Assembly (NCBI GenBank): GCA_050239825.1
Contig: JBFXGO010000002.1
Span: forward strand, 817 to 64,816
Length of the DNA: 64,000 nucleotides
Direction: 5' to 3'
DNA from: a bacterium
Lineage (GTDB): Bacteria; Hydrothermota; 32-111
Part shown: piece after piece, positions 49,794 through 60,047 of the stretch
Numbering within the stretch: the first letter of the stretch is position 1
Layout: the number at the start of each line of letters is the position of its first letter
Made by a program: the position numbers and the translations under genes
Notes under the pieces: generated by a model
Databases searched by the model: none
Told to the model about the DNA's origin: nothing
What the model saw: the letters and a program-made list of their open reading frames with translations, nothing else

Positions 49794-49925
49794 TCCTTAT
49801 AATATTCATAGCAAAATATTATATATCTAATTAATCATATTGTCAAGAAATCACAACTTCTGCAGGTGTTTGTTGTTGATTTTTTTTAATATATGCTTAA
49901 AATAGCTTTTTTTAAAGGAGGTTTA

Positions 49926-51689
49926 ATGAACAAGCGGTGGAATCTCGACGCCCTATATCCTTCGTTTGAATCAAATGAATTTCTTGAAGATATCAAGACT
50001 CTGGATTTGGAGATTGCCGAGCTGATTGAGTTCGGAAATTCTGATTTTTCGGCAGACAAGAGGGCGGCTATTGAAAAATATATAGGGCTGGCGGAAAAAT
50101 TTTATAACACACTTTACCGCCTCTTCGCCTTCTGTTCTCTCACCCTTGCAGTTGATACATCAAACAGTAGCGGAATGAATTTTAAGGATCTTCTTCTCAA
50201 GAAATCAAATTCGGCAACGGTTCCTTTCACAAAATTCCGCCTCTTTATAAAAGATTTAAACGACCTTGAAAAACTCGCAGAAGAGAGCGCCACTATAAAC
50301 TCCCACCTGTTTCATCTTAAAGAGATGCGCACATCTGCAAAACGCCTCTTCTCTCCGGAAATAGAGGAGATGGTATCAGACCTTCAGCGCACCGGCTCTT
50401 CGGCTTTCTCATCTCTCCAGAGTCAGCTCACGAGCAACCTCATCGTGAATGTAGAGGTTGACGGAAAAGTCAAGCCGATGTCCTTGGCGCAGGCAAGAAA
50501 TCTCTACTATGAAAAAGACAAAGATCTTAGAAAGAGGGCATACGATGCAGAAATTTCTTCCTACTCACTTATTGAGACTCCATCATCTGCCTGCCTCAGT
50601 GCCATAAAGGGGGAGGTCATAACTCTCTCAAAGAGGCGCGGCTATTCATCCGCCCTTGAAATGACTCTTGAAGAGAGCAGAATGGATATGGATACTCTTG
50701 ATGCCCTTCTTGGTTCAATGAGAACATCTCTCCCAATGTTCAGAAAATATTACAGACACAAGGCAAAGCTTCTTGGAAATAATGATAAATTGCCGTTTTA
50801 TGACCTTGTTGCTCCGGTTGGACAAAGCAGAATCTTTTTCACCTATGAAGAGGCTGCCGATTATATTCTGAAGGCGGAGAGGAAATTCTCTCCGGAGATA
50901 GCTGATTTCATGAAGAATGCCTTCGATAATTCTTGGCTCGACATTGAGCCGAGAAAGGGAAAGCGCGGAGGCGCATTCTGCAGCACGATTTATTCAGTGC
51001 GCCAGTCAAGGATACTCGCAAATTTCAACGGCTCCTTCGATAATATGACAACTCTCGCGCATGAGCTGGGACATGCCTATCATGGGTATGTTCTAATGGA
51101 TGAAACCATTTTGAATTCTGATTATCCGATGCCTCTTGCAGAGACGGCTTCCATTTTTTCGGAGACTGTGGTTATGGATTATTCTTTCAGGAATATGTCT
51201 GACGACAATCTTCTGACGATTCTTGAAAATGATATTTCAAGCGCCGCAACCGTTATTGTTGACATATATTCAAGGTATCTCTTTGAAACAGAGCTTTTCA
51301 GGCAGAGAGAATCATCCGTTCTTTCCGCAGACAAGCTGAAAGAGCTAATGTCAAAGGCTCAGATTGAAGCATACGGAGACATTCTTAACGAAAAATTTCT
51401 GCATCCTTACATGTGGGCAAACAAACCTCACTACTATTATCCGGGAGCCAACTTCTACAATTTCCCCTATGCATTCGGATTTCTCTTTGCGAAAGGTCTG
51501 TATGCCATATACAAAAAAAATCCTATAAATTTCACTGAAAAGTACAAAACTCTTCTCAGAGAGACCGGAAAGAACACAATATACAATGTCGGTCTCTCAG
51601 CCGGCATAGACCTTCATAATAGGAAGTTTTATGACGACACATTTGAAATGATATCAGGCGACATTGAAAGGTTCTTGACAATGAAATGA
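49926..51689 (+). CDS. pepF: Oligoendopeptidase F (M3B family)
   Basis: HELGHAYH zinc motif. The ATG at 49926 follows AAAGGAGG. Confidence 0.9.
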   Translation: MNKRWNLDALYPSFESNEFLEDIKTLDLEIAELIEFGNSDFSADKRAAIEKYIGLAEKFYNTLYRLFAFCSLTLAVDTSNSSGMNFKDLLLKKSNSATVPFTKFRLFIKDLNDLEKLAEESATINSHLFHLKEMRTSAKRLFSPEIEEMVSDLQRTGSSAFSSLQSQLTSNLIVNVEVDGKVKPMSLAQARNLYYEKDKDLRKRAYDAEISSYSLIETPSSACLSAIKGEVITLSKRRGYSSALEMTLEESRMDMDTLDALLGSMRTSLPMFRKYYRHKAKLLGNNDKLPFYDLVAPVGQSRIFFTYEEAADYILKAERKFSPEIADFMKNAFDNSWLDIEPRKGKRGGAFCSTIYSVRQSRILANFNGSFDNMTTLAHELGHAYHGYVLMDETILNSDYPMPLAETASIFSETVVMDYSFRNMSDDNLLTILENDISSAATVIVDIYSRYLFETELFRQRESSVLSADKLKELMSKAQIEAYGDILNEKFLHPYMWANKPHYYYPGANFYNFPYAFGFLFAKGLYAIYKKNPINFTEKYKTLLRETGKNTIYNVGLSAGIDLHNRKFYDDTFEMISGDIERFLTMK

Positions 51690-51734
51690 TTTTGATTAGA
51701 ATGATTTTCCCTTGAGTTGTATTTAAAAAAGAAA

Positions 51735-53078
51735 ATGAAAACATTAAATGATCAGTTGCACAAAATCCTTTCAGAGAAAGTGTCATCCGCCGATTACAGC
51801 CGCTGGCTCTCTTCTCTCCGCATAAAGGAGCTTGACGAAAGAAGCATTACGCTTATTGTTCCGACCAATGTTATAAAAGAGATGATAGAGGATGATTTGT
51901 TTCAGGAGCTTGTGGATTCCATCCGCTCTATTATGGATAGGGACCTTCAGATAAGAATCGTTGCAGAGAAGGACATTCATGACATCCCAAAGGAGCTCAA
52001 CCCGTTTAAAAACAATGATTTTGGAATAATAGACACATCATCTCTCAACACAAAATATACTTTCGAAGAATTTGTCGTGGGAAAATCAAACGAACTCGCT
52101 TATGCCGCATCTTTCTCCTTGACAAAGACTCCTGGCGACCAGTACAATCCGTTATTTATATACGGTTCGAGCGGGCTCGGAAAGACGCATCTGTTAAATG
52201 CGATAGGAAATCAGATTAAGCAGAATGACCCGAGAAAGAAGATCTATTACCTTTCAACGGAGAGATTTCTCAACGAATATGTCTTTGCCATTCAAGAGAA
52301 GAAAATTCTTGATTTCAGAAACAAATACAGGGAGATGGATGTTCTGCTGCTTGATGATATTCATTTCCTGAATAAAAAAGAGGGAACGCAGGAGGAGATT
52401 TTTCACACATTCAACGCACTGTATGAAAACAACAGTCAGATTGTTTTAACATCAGACAGACCTCCCAATGAAATTCAATCTCTTGAACAGCGGCTTGTTA
52501 CAAGATTTCAGTCAGGACTCGTAGTCGACATACAGCCGCCCGATTTTGAAACAAGATTGGCGATACTAAGAAAGAAGGTGGAGAGCGACAACATACAGAT
52601 AGGCGATGATTGTCTTATCTACATCGCCAATAACATTAAAAATAATGTCAGGCTTTTAATTTCAGTCATTATAAACATACTCGCGCACTCTTCTCTTCTT
52701 AAAAAGAATGTCGATATAAATCTGGTGAGAGAGGTCGTAACAGGAATAGTGAAGCCGACCCATGATTCTGTTTTTTACAGTAAAAAAATTATGCCTGCGG
52801 ATATTTTGAAGACAGTCTCTGAATATTATAAAATTCCCGAATCCCAGATAACAGGAAAAAAGCGCACTGCATCACTGGTTATACCCAGACAGATATCGGC
52901 ATTCCTTATGAAGAAGTTCACTCAACTCTCCTTAAAGGAGATAGCAGAAAAACTGGGAAAGAAGGACCACTCGACAATCATACACGCTGTAAAAAAGATT
53001 GAAGAGCTCTCCAAAAGGAATGACAGCAGAGTAAAAGAGGATATTGAGAGCATAATCAGTTTATTGAATATTGATTAG
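51735..53078 (+). CDS. dnaA: Chromosomal replication initiator protein DnaA
   Basis: GSSGLGKTHLL Walker A. LLLDDIHFL. C-terminal DNA-binding region KKFTQLSLKEIAEKLGKKDHSTIIHAVKKI. The ATG at 51735 is preferred over the TTG at 51717. Confidence 0.95.
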   Translation: MKTLNDQLHKILSEKVSSADYSRWLSSLRIKELDERSITLIVPTNVIKEMIEDDLFQELVDSIRSIMDRDLQIRIVAEKDIHDIPKELNPFKNNDFGIIDTSSLNTKYTFEEFVVGKSNELAYAASFSLTKTPGDQYNPLFIYGSSGLGKTHLLNAIGNQIKQNDPRKKIYYLSTERFLNEYVFAIQEKKILDFRNKYREMDVLLLDDIHFLNKKEGTQEEIFHTFNALYENNSQIVLTSDRPPNEIQSLEQRLVTRFQSGLVVDIQPPDFETRLAILRKKVESDNIQIGDDCLIYIANNIKNNVRLLISVIINILAHSSLLKKNVDINLVREVVTGIVKPTHDSVFYSKKIMPADILKTVSEYYKIPESQITGKKRTASLVIPRQISAFLMKKFTQLSLKEIAEKLGKKDHSTIIHAVKKIEELSKRNDSRVKEDIESIISLLNID

Positions 53079-53079
53079 C

Positions 53080-53147
53080 TGTGGATAATATAAGAACAAC
53101 TTTGGTTTTTCCACATCAACTTCGGTTAACAACATAATTGTGAATAT
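53080..53147. promoter_or_regulatory. DnaA-box cluster in the dnaA-dnaN intergenic region. Candidate oriC or DnaA autoregulatory site.
   Basis: TGTGGATAA at 53080-53088 is a perfect reverse-complement of TTATCCACA. TTTTCCACA at 53107-53115 has 1 mismatch. TGTGAATAT at 53139-53147 is degenerate. AT-rich 177-bp spacer. Confidence 0.5.
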
Positions 53148-53254
53148 GTCTGTTGATTTTAAGGTGTAATTTTGATATAATTTAATACGGTTATGAACAT
53201 ATGGACACTTAATAATAGAAGTAATAAGAAAATTAATACTATAAAGGAGGAGAG

Positions 53255-54364
53255 ATGAAATTTCACGTTGACAAACAAGAGTTTTTGAAAAACCTCAATA
53301 CAATATCAAGCATTGTTCCTGCAAAACCCATTGTAACAATAATCTCCAATATTATGATTGAAGCGAAAAAAGAGACATTGTCATTTTCCTCTACTGATTT
53401 TGAAATAACAATGCATTCAGAGATGCCTGCAACAGTCACTGAGGACGGAGTGATTGTTATAAATGCAAAGACAATAGTTGAACTTGTAAGAAAACTTCCT
53501 GAAGGCGAACTCTCAATATCTCTCTCCAATGATGAAGTATCTATAAAATCAAAGTCAGGCATTTATAAAATGCCTGTAATCAAGAAAGATGATTATGTGG
53601 AAATTTCAAGAATAGAAAAAAACAAGATGTTCAATGTTGATTCTCTTCCATTGAAATCTGCAATAGACAATTCAGTATTTGCAGTTTCCAAAGATGCCGT
53701 AAAAGTTGCAATAACCGGAGTTCTTCTTGAAGGAGCCGGAAAGAATCTGACATTTGTTGGAACAGACGGACACAGGTTGGCATTTTATTCAATCAAAGAT
53801 ATTTTTGAAAAACCCATATCAAATTCTGTTATAATTCCTCCAAAGGTTTTGACGATTCTTAGAGACCTTATTGATGATGTGGATGAATTCAGCATGGGTT
53901 TTGATGAAAAGAGAATTATGTTCAAAGTCAAGACAATAGAAGTCTGGGCAAAACTCATAGAGGGTACATATCCTGATTACAAACGAGTCATACCAACGGA
54001 TAACAATAAAGTCATGATTGTCAAAAAGGATGACCTTATAAATTCTCTTAACATAATAAATGTGTTTACAAATCCAAATACGAGGCTTGTCAAATTTGAA
54101 ATAGAGAGCGGCAAGCTTATAATAAATGCGTATCAGAATCAGACAGGAGAGGGGACGGAGTTTATCGAAGTCGACTATGAAGATAAAGAGAAGCTTGTGA
54201 TAGGATTCAACAATAACTATCTTCTTGAAATACTAAAACGGATAGAGACTGAGAATGTAAAGTTTAAATTCAAGGGAGAGATGTTTGCTGTGATAGTTGA
54301 AAACGAAATGAGCAAGGTTGATCAGGAGGCAATTTATATTATAATGCCTCTCAGATTAAAGTAA
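53255..54364 (+). CDS. dnaN: DNA polymerase III beta sliding clamp
   Basis: Three-domain beta-clamp architecture. MKFHVDKQEFLKNLNTISSIVP start. Follows dnaA. Confidence 0.95.
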   Translation: MKFHVDKQEFLKNLNTISSIVPAKPIVTIISNIMIEAKKETLSFSSTDFEITMHSEMPATVTEDGVIVINAKTIVELVRKLPEGELSISLSNDEVSIKSKSGIYKMPVIKKDDYVEISRIEKNKMFNVDSLPLKSAIDNSVFAVSKDAVKVAITGVLLEGAGKNLTFVGTDGHRLAFYSIKDIFEKPISNSVIIPPKVLTILRDLIDDVDEFSMGFDEKRIMFKVKTIEVWAKLIEGTYPDYKRVIPTDNNKVMIVKKDDLINSLNIINVFTNPNTRLVKFEIESGKLIINAYQNQTGEGTEFIEVDYEDKEKLVIGFNNNYLLEILKRIETENVKFKFKGEMFAVIVENEMSKVDQEAIYIIMPLRLK

Positions 54365-54390
54365 AAACAGATTTATATTATTGAGTGCAA

Positions 54391-54420
54391 AGAGGCGGGG
54401 TAACTCCCGCCTCTTTTATT
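54391..54420 (+). terminator. Rho-independent terminator after dnaN
   Basis: AGAGGCGGG-GTAACT-CCCGCCTCT followed by TTTATT. Confidence 0.7.
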
Positions 54421-54477
54421 GAAAATGTAAAAGAGTGAAAATATAGGAAGGTTAGAATGTGAGGGAGATTGAGTAAA

Positions 54478-56330
54478 GCTAAAATCTTACTCAGCGGTGT
54501 CACCCTGAACGCCTCTATGGTTATGACTATCGTGAAGGGTCTATCAGTTTATTGCTTATTGATAATTGAAGATTGAACTGGGGCTGCACGCAGGCGTAGC
54601 GTCGGCTCACACACTCCGCTTCGTCGCTTTATCAAGATGGGATAGCGTAGCGAGGGGTCGCCCACTTGATGGGCGTCTGCGCGGAGCGTCCTCGCCGACT
54701 TTGAGCTTTCATTTTCAATAAGAATTGATTTGCTTGTCCTCGGAAAAACATTGAATAGCAGTGCGGAGATGCACTGGAATTTTTCCTCGGAAATGTAAAG
54801 ACAAAATCTTACTCAGCTCCCCGTATTTTGCTCAAGGCACATGGCTCACGGCTCATGGCTGATTTTGGGGGCTGCACGCGGGTGTAGCGTCGGCTCACAC
54901 ACTCCGCTTCGCCGCTTAATCAAGATGGGATAGCGTAGCAAGGGGAGAACCACTTGATGGGCGTCTGCGCGGAGCGTCCTCGCCGACTTGTAGCTTTCGT
55001 GTATCAATAAGTTAATTAATTGATTGAATCTTCACAAAGCATTGGCGAGGGTGTAATGTGCGCGAGCGCACATGATAGACGCCTCGGGCTGCACCAGAAC
55101 TTTGTGAAGATTACTGTAAAGACAAAATCTTACTCAGCGGTGTCACCCTGAACGCCTCTATAGTTATGACTATCGTGAAGGGTCTATCAGTTTATTGGTT
55201 ATTGATAATTGAAGATTGTTCTGGGGCTGCACGCGGGTGTAGCGTCGGCTCACACACTCCGCTTCGCCGCTTAATCAAGATGGGTTAGCGGAGCAAGGGG
55301 ACAACCACTTGATGGGCGTCTTCGCGGAGCGTCCTCGCCGACTTTGAGCTTTCACTTTCAATAAGTTAATTAATTGAATGAATCTTCTAAAACCATTGGC
55401 TGGGGTGTAATGGACGCGAGCGCACATGATAGACACTTCGGGTTGCACCAGAACTTTGTGAAGATTATTGTAAAGACAAAATCTTACTCAGCAGTATCAC
55501 CCTGAACGCCTCTATGGTTATGACTATAGTGAAGGGTCTATCAGTTTATTGTTAATTGATTATTGAAGATTGTTCTGGGGCTGCTGGCGGGCTTAGCGTC
55601 GGCTCGCACACTTCGCTTCGCCGCTTAATCAAGATGGGATAGCGGAGCAAGAGGTCGCCCACTTGATGGGCGTCTGCGCGGAGCGTCCTCGCCGACTTGT
55701 AGCTTTCGTGTATCAATAAGTTAATTAATTGCCTGAATCTTCTAAAACCATTGGCGCGGGTGTAATGGACGCGAGCGTCCATGATAGAAAAAACGGGTTG
55801 CACCAGAAGTTTTAGAAGATTATTGAAAAGAATAAATATTAATCAGCAGTATATTGAGTGATGACTGCACTGGAATTTTTCCTCGGAAATGTAAAGACAA
55901 GTTATTTACTCAACTCCCCGCATTAAGCTCAAGGCACATGGCTCACGGCTCATGGCTGATTTTGGGGCTGCACGCGGGTGTAGCGTCGGCTCACACACTC
56001 TGCTTCGCCGCTTAATCAAGATGGGTTAGCGGAGCAAGGGGACAACCACTTGATGGGCGTCTGCGCGGAGCGTCCTCGCCGACTTGTAGCTTACACTCTC
56101 AATAAGAATTGATTTGCTTGTCCTCGGAAAAACATTGAATAGCAGTGCGGAGATGCACTGGAATTTTTCCTCGGAAATGTAAAGACAAAATCTTACTCAG
56201 CGGTGTCACCCTGAACGCCTCTATGGTTATGACTATCGTGAAGGGTCTATCAGTTTATTGTTAATTGATTATTGAAGATTGTTCTGGGGCTGCACGCGGG
56301 TGTAGCGTCGGCTCACACACTCCGCTTTTG
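54478..56330. repeat. Array of a mosaic GC-rich interspersed repeat family. Five full and one truncated ~130-bp cores (GGGGCTGCACGCGGGTGTAGCGTCGGCTCACACACTCCGCTTCGCCGCTTAATCAAGATGGG...GTCCTCGCCGACTTGTAGCTTTC) are joined by three alternative flanking modules.
   Basis: Core copies start at about 54580, 54867, 55223, 55577, 55964 and 56286 (truncated). Spacing is irregular (about 290-390 bp) and the linker modules repeat among themselves, so this is not a CRISPR array. The ORFs called inside (such as 55552-55803) are artefacts. Confidence 0.9.
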
Positions 56331-56373
56331 CTCCTATTGACAATATTGTTTAAATATTATATATTGAAATATT

Positions 56374-58512
56374 ATGGTTAAAAAAGCATTTAAAAATTTT
56401 AAAAAGAGCAAGAAGACCAAAAAAACAGTAAACACCGCGATATTTGTTTTTGGACTTATTGTTTTTATTGCTGTCTTTGCGGCAGTGGGCTTTGCAGTTA
56501 CAATGTATTTCAGTCTTCAGAAAGAGATTCCAACCATGACAGATATGTTCATATACTCGGCTCCTTCAGCCACTTTGATATATGATGACAACAACAGAAA
56601 AGTGACGGAACTCTTCCTTGAGAAAAGGATGCCGATTAAACTCAAAGAGCTACCTCAATACTCGATAGACGCAGTCATATCGCTTGAAGATCAGCAATTT
56701 TACTCGCATTGGGGAATAAATGTAGCGAGATTTTTTGTGGTTTTGACAAAGAATATGCTGACATTAAAAAAAGGAGCGGGAGCATCTACCATAACACAAC
56801 AGCTTGCAAGGAACATGTTCCTCACAATGGAGAAGACATGGACAAGGAAGATAAAAGAGGCTCTCATAACCATAAATCTTGAGCGCAACTTTTCAAAGGA
56901 TGAAATTCTTGAAATGTATTTCAACCAGATAAACTATGGCTCGGGAGCTTACGGCATAGAGGCCGCATCAAACATGTATTTCAATAAATCTGCGCGGGAG
57001 CTCACTCTTGCAGAGGCAGCAATGCTTGCGGGAATTCCGCAGATTCCGGAAAAATTCAATCTTTTCAGGCATTATGACAATGCCAAAAAACGCCAGAAGC
57101 TATGTCTAAGCAATATGCTTCAAGAAGGATACATATCAAAGGAAGAGTATGAGGATGCCGTTGATGACAGTGTGATAGTGATAAAAGGCTCCAAAGATGC
57201 AGAGTATGGAAGATACTTTATAGAGGAGGTCAGAAAAGAGGTCATATCAAGGTTTGGCATGAATACTCTCTATAAGGGCGGTCTGAAAATCTATACAACA
57301 ATGAATTCCGATATGCAGAGAGAGTCAGAAAAAGTTGTGGAAAAAAAGATGCTCTATTTTGAAAAAATGTACAAATTCAAAAATACAAAAGAAAAGTATG
57401 ATGAAATATTTTCAAAAGACACGGCAATAACTGTTCCCCCGCAGTATCTTCAGGCAAGTATGGTAATAATTGAAAATGAGACAGGAGAGGTCAAGGCAAT
57501 AGTCGGAGGCAGGGATTTTGAACAGTCCGAATACAACAGGGTCTTACAATCGAAGAGGCAGCCCGGTTCAATTTTTAAAATATTCCTCTTTTCAGCCGCA
57601 ATAGAGAGCGGGATGAATCCGGGAGACATAATTATGGATACTCCGGTGGTTCTTGACGACGGAAGTGACACCCCGTATAAACCGAGAAATTTCGACGGGG
57701 ATTTTTTGGGGCCTATACCTTTGCGCAAAGCTCTTGCACTTTCAAGAAATGTAACGGCTATTAGGCTTATAAAGAGCATAGGACCCGGAACTGTAGTAAA
57801 ACACGCAAAGAAGCTGGGAGTTGAATCGCAGTTGACTCCGGTGCTCTCTCTGGCTCTCGGTTCAAGTGATGTCACTCTCTTTGAAATGGTGAGGGCATTC
57901 TCCGTATTTCCAAACAAAGGAATACTCAGAAAGACGAGCATGATACGATATATTGAGGATGCTCAGGGAAATGTGATTTTTGAAAATGACAATCTTGAAT
58001 CAAGAGTGATGGATGACGATGACGCATACATAGTGACAAACATGCTTGAAAGCGTTGTAAAAGAAGGCACTGCGGCTGGGCTTAAATATTACAAGTTCAA
58101 TGTGCATATAGGCGGAAAGACGGGAACTACCGATGATTATTCGAATACATGGTTTGTTGGTTTTACAAAAGAGTATACCGCTGGTGTCTGGGTGGGCTTC
58201 GACAAACTCCGCACAATAGCCGATAAGGCAACCGGAGCGGTGCTTGCGCTTCCGATATGGGCTGAGACAATGAAGCCCTTTGTCAACAATGCCGATTCTC
58301 TGCCGTTTCCTCAGACAGACAGTATAATCCATGTGACAGTATGCCGCGAATCCGGGCAGATAGCAACGAAATACTGCAAGTTCATACGGGATGAAATATA
58401 TAAAAAAGGTCACGAACCCAAGGTGAGTTGTGAAAAGCATATAAAGGGCTACTCAACCAATCAGGATTTTGATTTTTCAAAACAGGACATTCTCAAAGAT
58501 GATGACCTGTGA
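56374..58512 (+). CDS. mrcA: Bifunctional class A penicillin-binding protein (PBP1A; transglycosylase plus transpeptidase)
   Basis: GT51 motif SLEDQQFYSHWGINV. Transpeptidase SxxK (RQPGSIFKIF), SRN, KTGTT. Confidence 0.9.
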   Translation: MVKKAFKNFKKSKKTKKTVNTAIFVFGLIVFIAVFAAVGFAVTMYFSLQKEIPTMTDMFIYSAPSATLIYDDNNRKVTELFLEKRMPIKLKELPQYSIDAVISLEDQQFYSHWGINVARFFVVLTKNMLTLKKGAGASTITQQLARNMFLTMEKTWTRKIKEALITINLERNFSKDEILEMYFNQINYGSGAYGIEAASNMYFNKSARELTLAEAAMLAGIPQIPEKFNLFRHYDNAKKRQKLCLSNMLQEGYISKEEYEDAVDDSVIVIKGSKDAEYGRYFIEEVRKEVISRFGMNTLYKGGLKIYTTMNSDMQRESEKVVEKKMLYFEKMYKFKNTKEKYDEIFSKDTAITVPPQYLQASMVIIENETGEVKAIVGGRDFEQSEYNRVLQSKRQPGSIFKIFLFSAAIESGMNPGDIIMDTPVVLDDGSDTPYKPRNFDGDFLGPIPLRKALALSRNVTAIRLIKSIGPGTVVKHAKKLGVESQLTPVLSLALGSSDVTLFEMVRAFSVFPNKGILRKTSMIRYIEDAQGNVIFENDNLESRVMDDDDAYIVTNMLESVVKEGTAAGLKYYKFNVHIGGKTGTTDDYSNTWFVGFTKEYTAGVWVGFDKLRTIADKATGAVLALPIWAETMKPFVNNADSLPFPQTDSIIHVTVCRESGQIATKYCKFIRDEIYKKGHEPKVSCEKHIKGYSTNQDFDFSKQDILKDDDL

Positions 58513-58521
58513 GGAGGCAAA

Positions 58522-59172
58522 ATGAAATTCTTGGCAGTAATGCTTCTTATGATAATAATTGCGATGTCAATCTATGGCATTTACTACTATTATCAGTCAT
58601 ATAAACCGGCGTTAGACAAGTACTCTGAACTGGTAAGTGAAAACAAGACACTTGCAGAGTATATAAGCAAGCTGAGGTCTGAGCAGATGAAGAAGGACAG
58701 CGTACTCTCCATTCTTGCCAATTCAAAGAGTGATGTGGATACTCAGATAATTTTTGACAACATAACCGGAACAAGAATAACTCTGGAATCGGAAAATCTC
58801 TTTGAATCCGGAGGATACACTCTCAATAAAAAAGGAAAGGGTCTTCTGAAAAAGACCGCAGAGGTGCTTCTTACAATGTCTGATGCGGAGATTGTCATAG
58901 AGGGACACACAGACAATCAGAAGATAGGACCCTCAATAAAAAATGTCATTCCGTCAAACTGGGAATTATCTGCGCTGAGGGCGATAAATGTGATGAAGTA
59001 TCTGAGGGATTCAATAGGAATTGAGGAGAAGAGAATGTATGTTGCGGCATACGGCGAGACAAGACCCATTGCAGATAACAGCACCGAAGAGGGAAAGAAA
59101 AAGAACCGCAGAATTGAAATATTTCTTAAAGGTTCATCCTTCAACAAGATTGTTGAGGATACTCTAGAGTGA
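58522..59172 (+). CDS. OmpA/MotB-family peptidoglycan-binding protein with N-terminal TM and coiled coil
   Basis: C-terminal IEGHTDNQ...LSALRAINVMKYL...NRRIEIFL. N-terminal hydrophobic MKFLAVMLLMIIIAMSIYGIYYYY. Confidence 0.75.
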   Translation: MKFLAVMLLMIIIAMSIYGIYYYYQSYKPALDKYSELVSENKTLAEYISKLRSEQMKKDSVLSILANSKSDVDTQIIFDNITGTRITLESENLFESGGYTLNKKGKGLLKKTAEVLLTMSDAEIVIEGHTDNQKIGPSIKNVIPSNWELSALRAINVMKYLRDSIGIEEKRMYVAAYGETRPIADNSTEEGKKKNRRIEIFLKGSSFNKIVEDTLE

Positions 59173-60047
59173 AGCGCAGAATACTGCATCTCTTTTCAGG
59201 CGGTCTGGACTCAATACTCTCATATAAAATACTTGAAAGAGCGGGACATGATGTTACCGCCATCTGTTTTGAAACTCCATTCTTTCCATCCGCAAAAAGT
59301 GTTGAGTACGGAGATAAAAATAAAATAAAAGTAAGAGTATTGAATATTTTTAAAGAGTATGTTTATATGCTTGCTCGACCTAAGTATGGATACGGCAAGA
59401 ACTTAAACCCATGCATTGACTGCAAGGCGATGATGATAAACAAAGCGTGCAGAATCGCGATTGACGAAGGGTATGATTTTGTTTCCACAGGAGAGGTTCT
59501 CGGACAGAGGCCTATGTCACAGACAAAAGGAGGGTTCATCAAGCAAAAAAAATTGCTTGAACATCCGGAAATGGTGATAAGAGTTCTGTCGAGAGAGGAT
59601 GGAGAGAACAACCTTGAGGGAATGAAAAGAATTGAAATTGTCGGAAGAGAGAGAGCGGCTCAGATGAAGATGAGCGAAGAGATTGGGATAACAGAGTATC
59701 AAACACCATCCGGAGGATGCTTTCTCACATATAAAGAGTTTTCCTTAAAGGCGAAAGTTCTTCTGAAAAAGAATCTGACAGAGGAAAGATATTTTTACAT
59801 GATTAAAGAGGGGCGGTTCAAAGAGTACTCCTGCGGAGTTGCTGTGATTGGAAGATGCGAGGAGGATAATGAGAAGCTTTTATCGCGAAGAAATGGAGAG
59901 GTTTGCTATCAGGTGATTGATGGAAAGGGTCCGGTAGGAATTGTGTTGGGAAAACTGAATGATGAAGAAGAAAATGATTTGAAAGAGACTCTTTTGAAAT
60001 ATTCAAAGAGAGATATAAATGAAAAAGATTCTATTCACCCTGTTTAG
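59169..60047 (+). CDS. PP-loop superfamily ATP pyrophosphatase (ThiI/MnmA/LarE-like) with CxxC motif. Putative tRNA-thiolation or sulfur-transfer enzyme.
   Basis: PP-loop HLFSGGLDS. Cys pair CIDCK. Exact subfamily not resolved from sequence alone. Confidence 0.5.
   Translation: MKRRILHLFSGGLDSILSYKILERAGHDVTAICFETPFFPSAKSVEYGDKNKIKVRVLNIFKEYVYMLARPKYGYGKNLNPCIDCKAMMINKACRIAIDEGYDFVSTGEVLGQRPMSQTKGGFIKQKKLLEHPEMVIRVLSREDGENNLEGMKRIEIVGRERAAQMKMSEEIGITEYQTPSGGCFLTYKEFSLKAKVLLKKNLTEERYFYMIKEGRFKEYSCGVAVIGRCEEDNEKLLSRRNGEVCYQVIDGKGPVGIVLGKLNDEEENDLKETLLKYSKRDINEKDSIHPV

Noticed and set aside
54478-56330. Possible CRISPR array
   Set aside because: Repeat units are about 130 bp plus linkers, the spacing is irregular (about 290-390 bp), and the intervening segments are themselves repeated. 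There is no short uniform repeat with unique spacers and no cas genes nearby.
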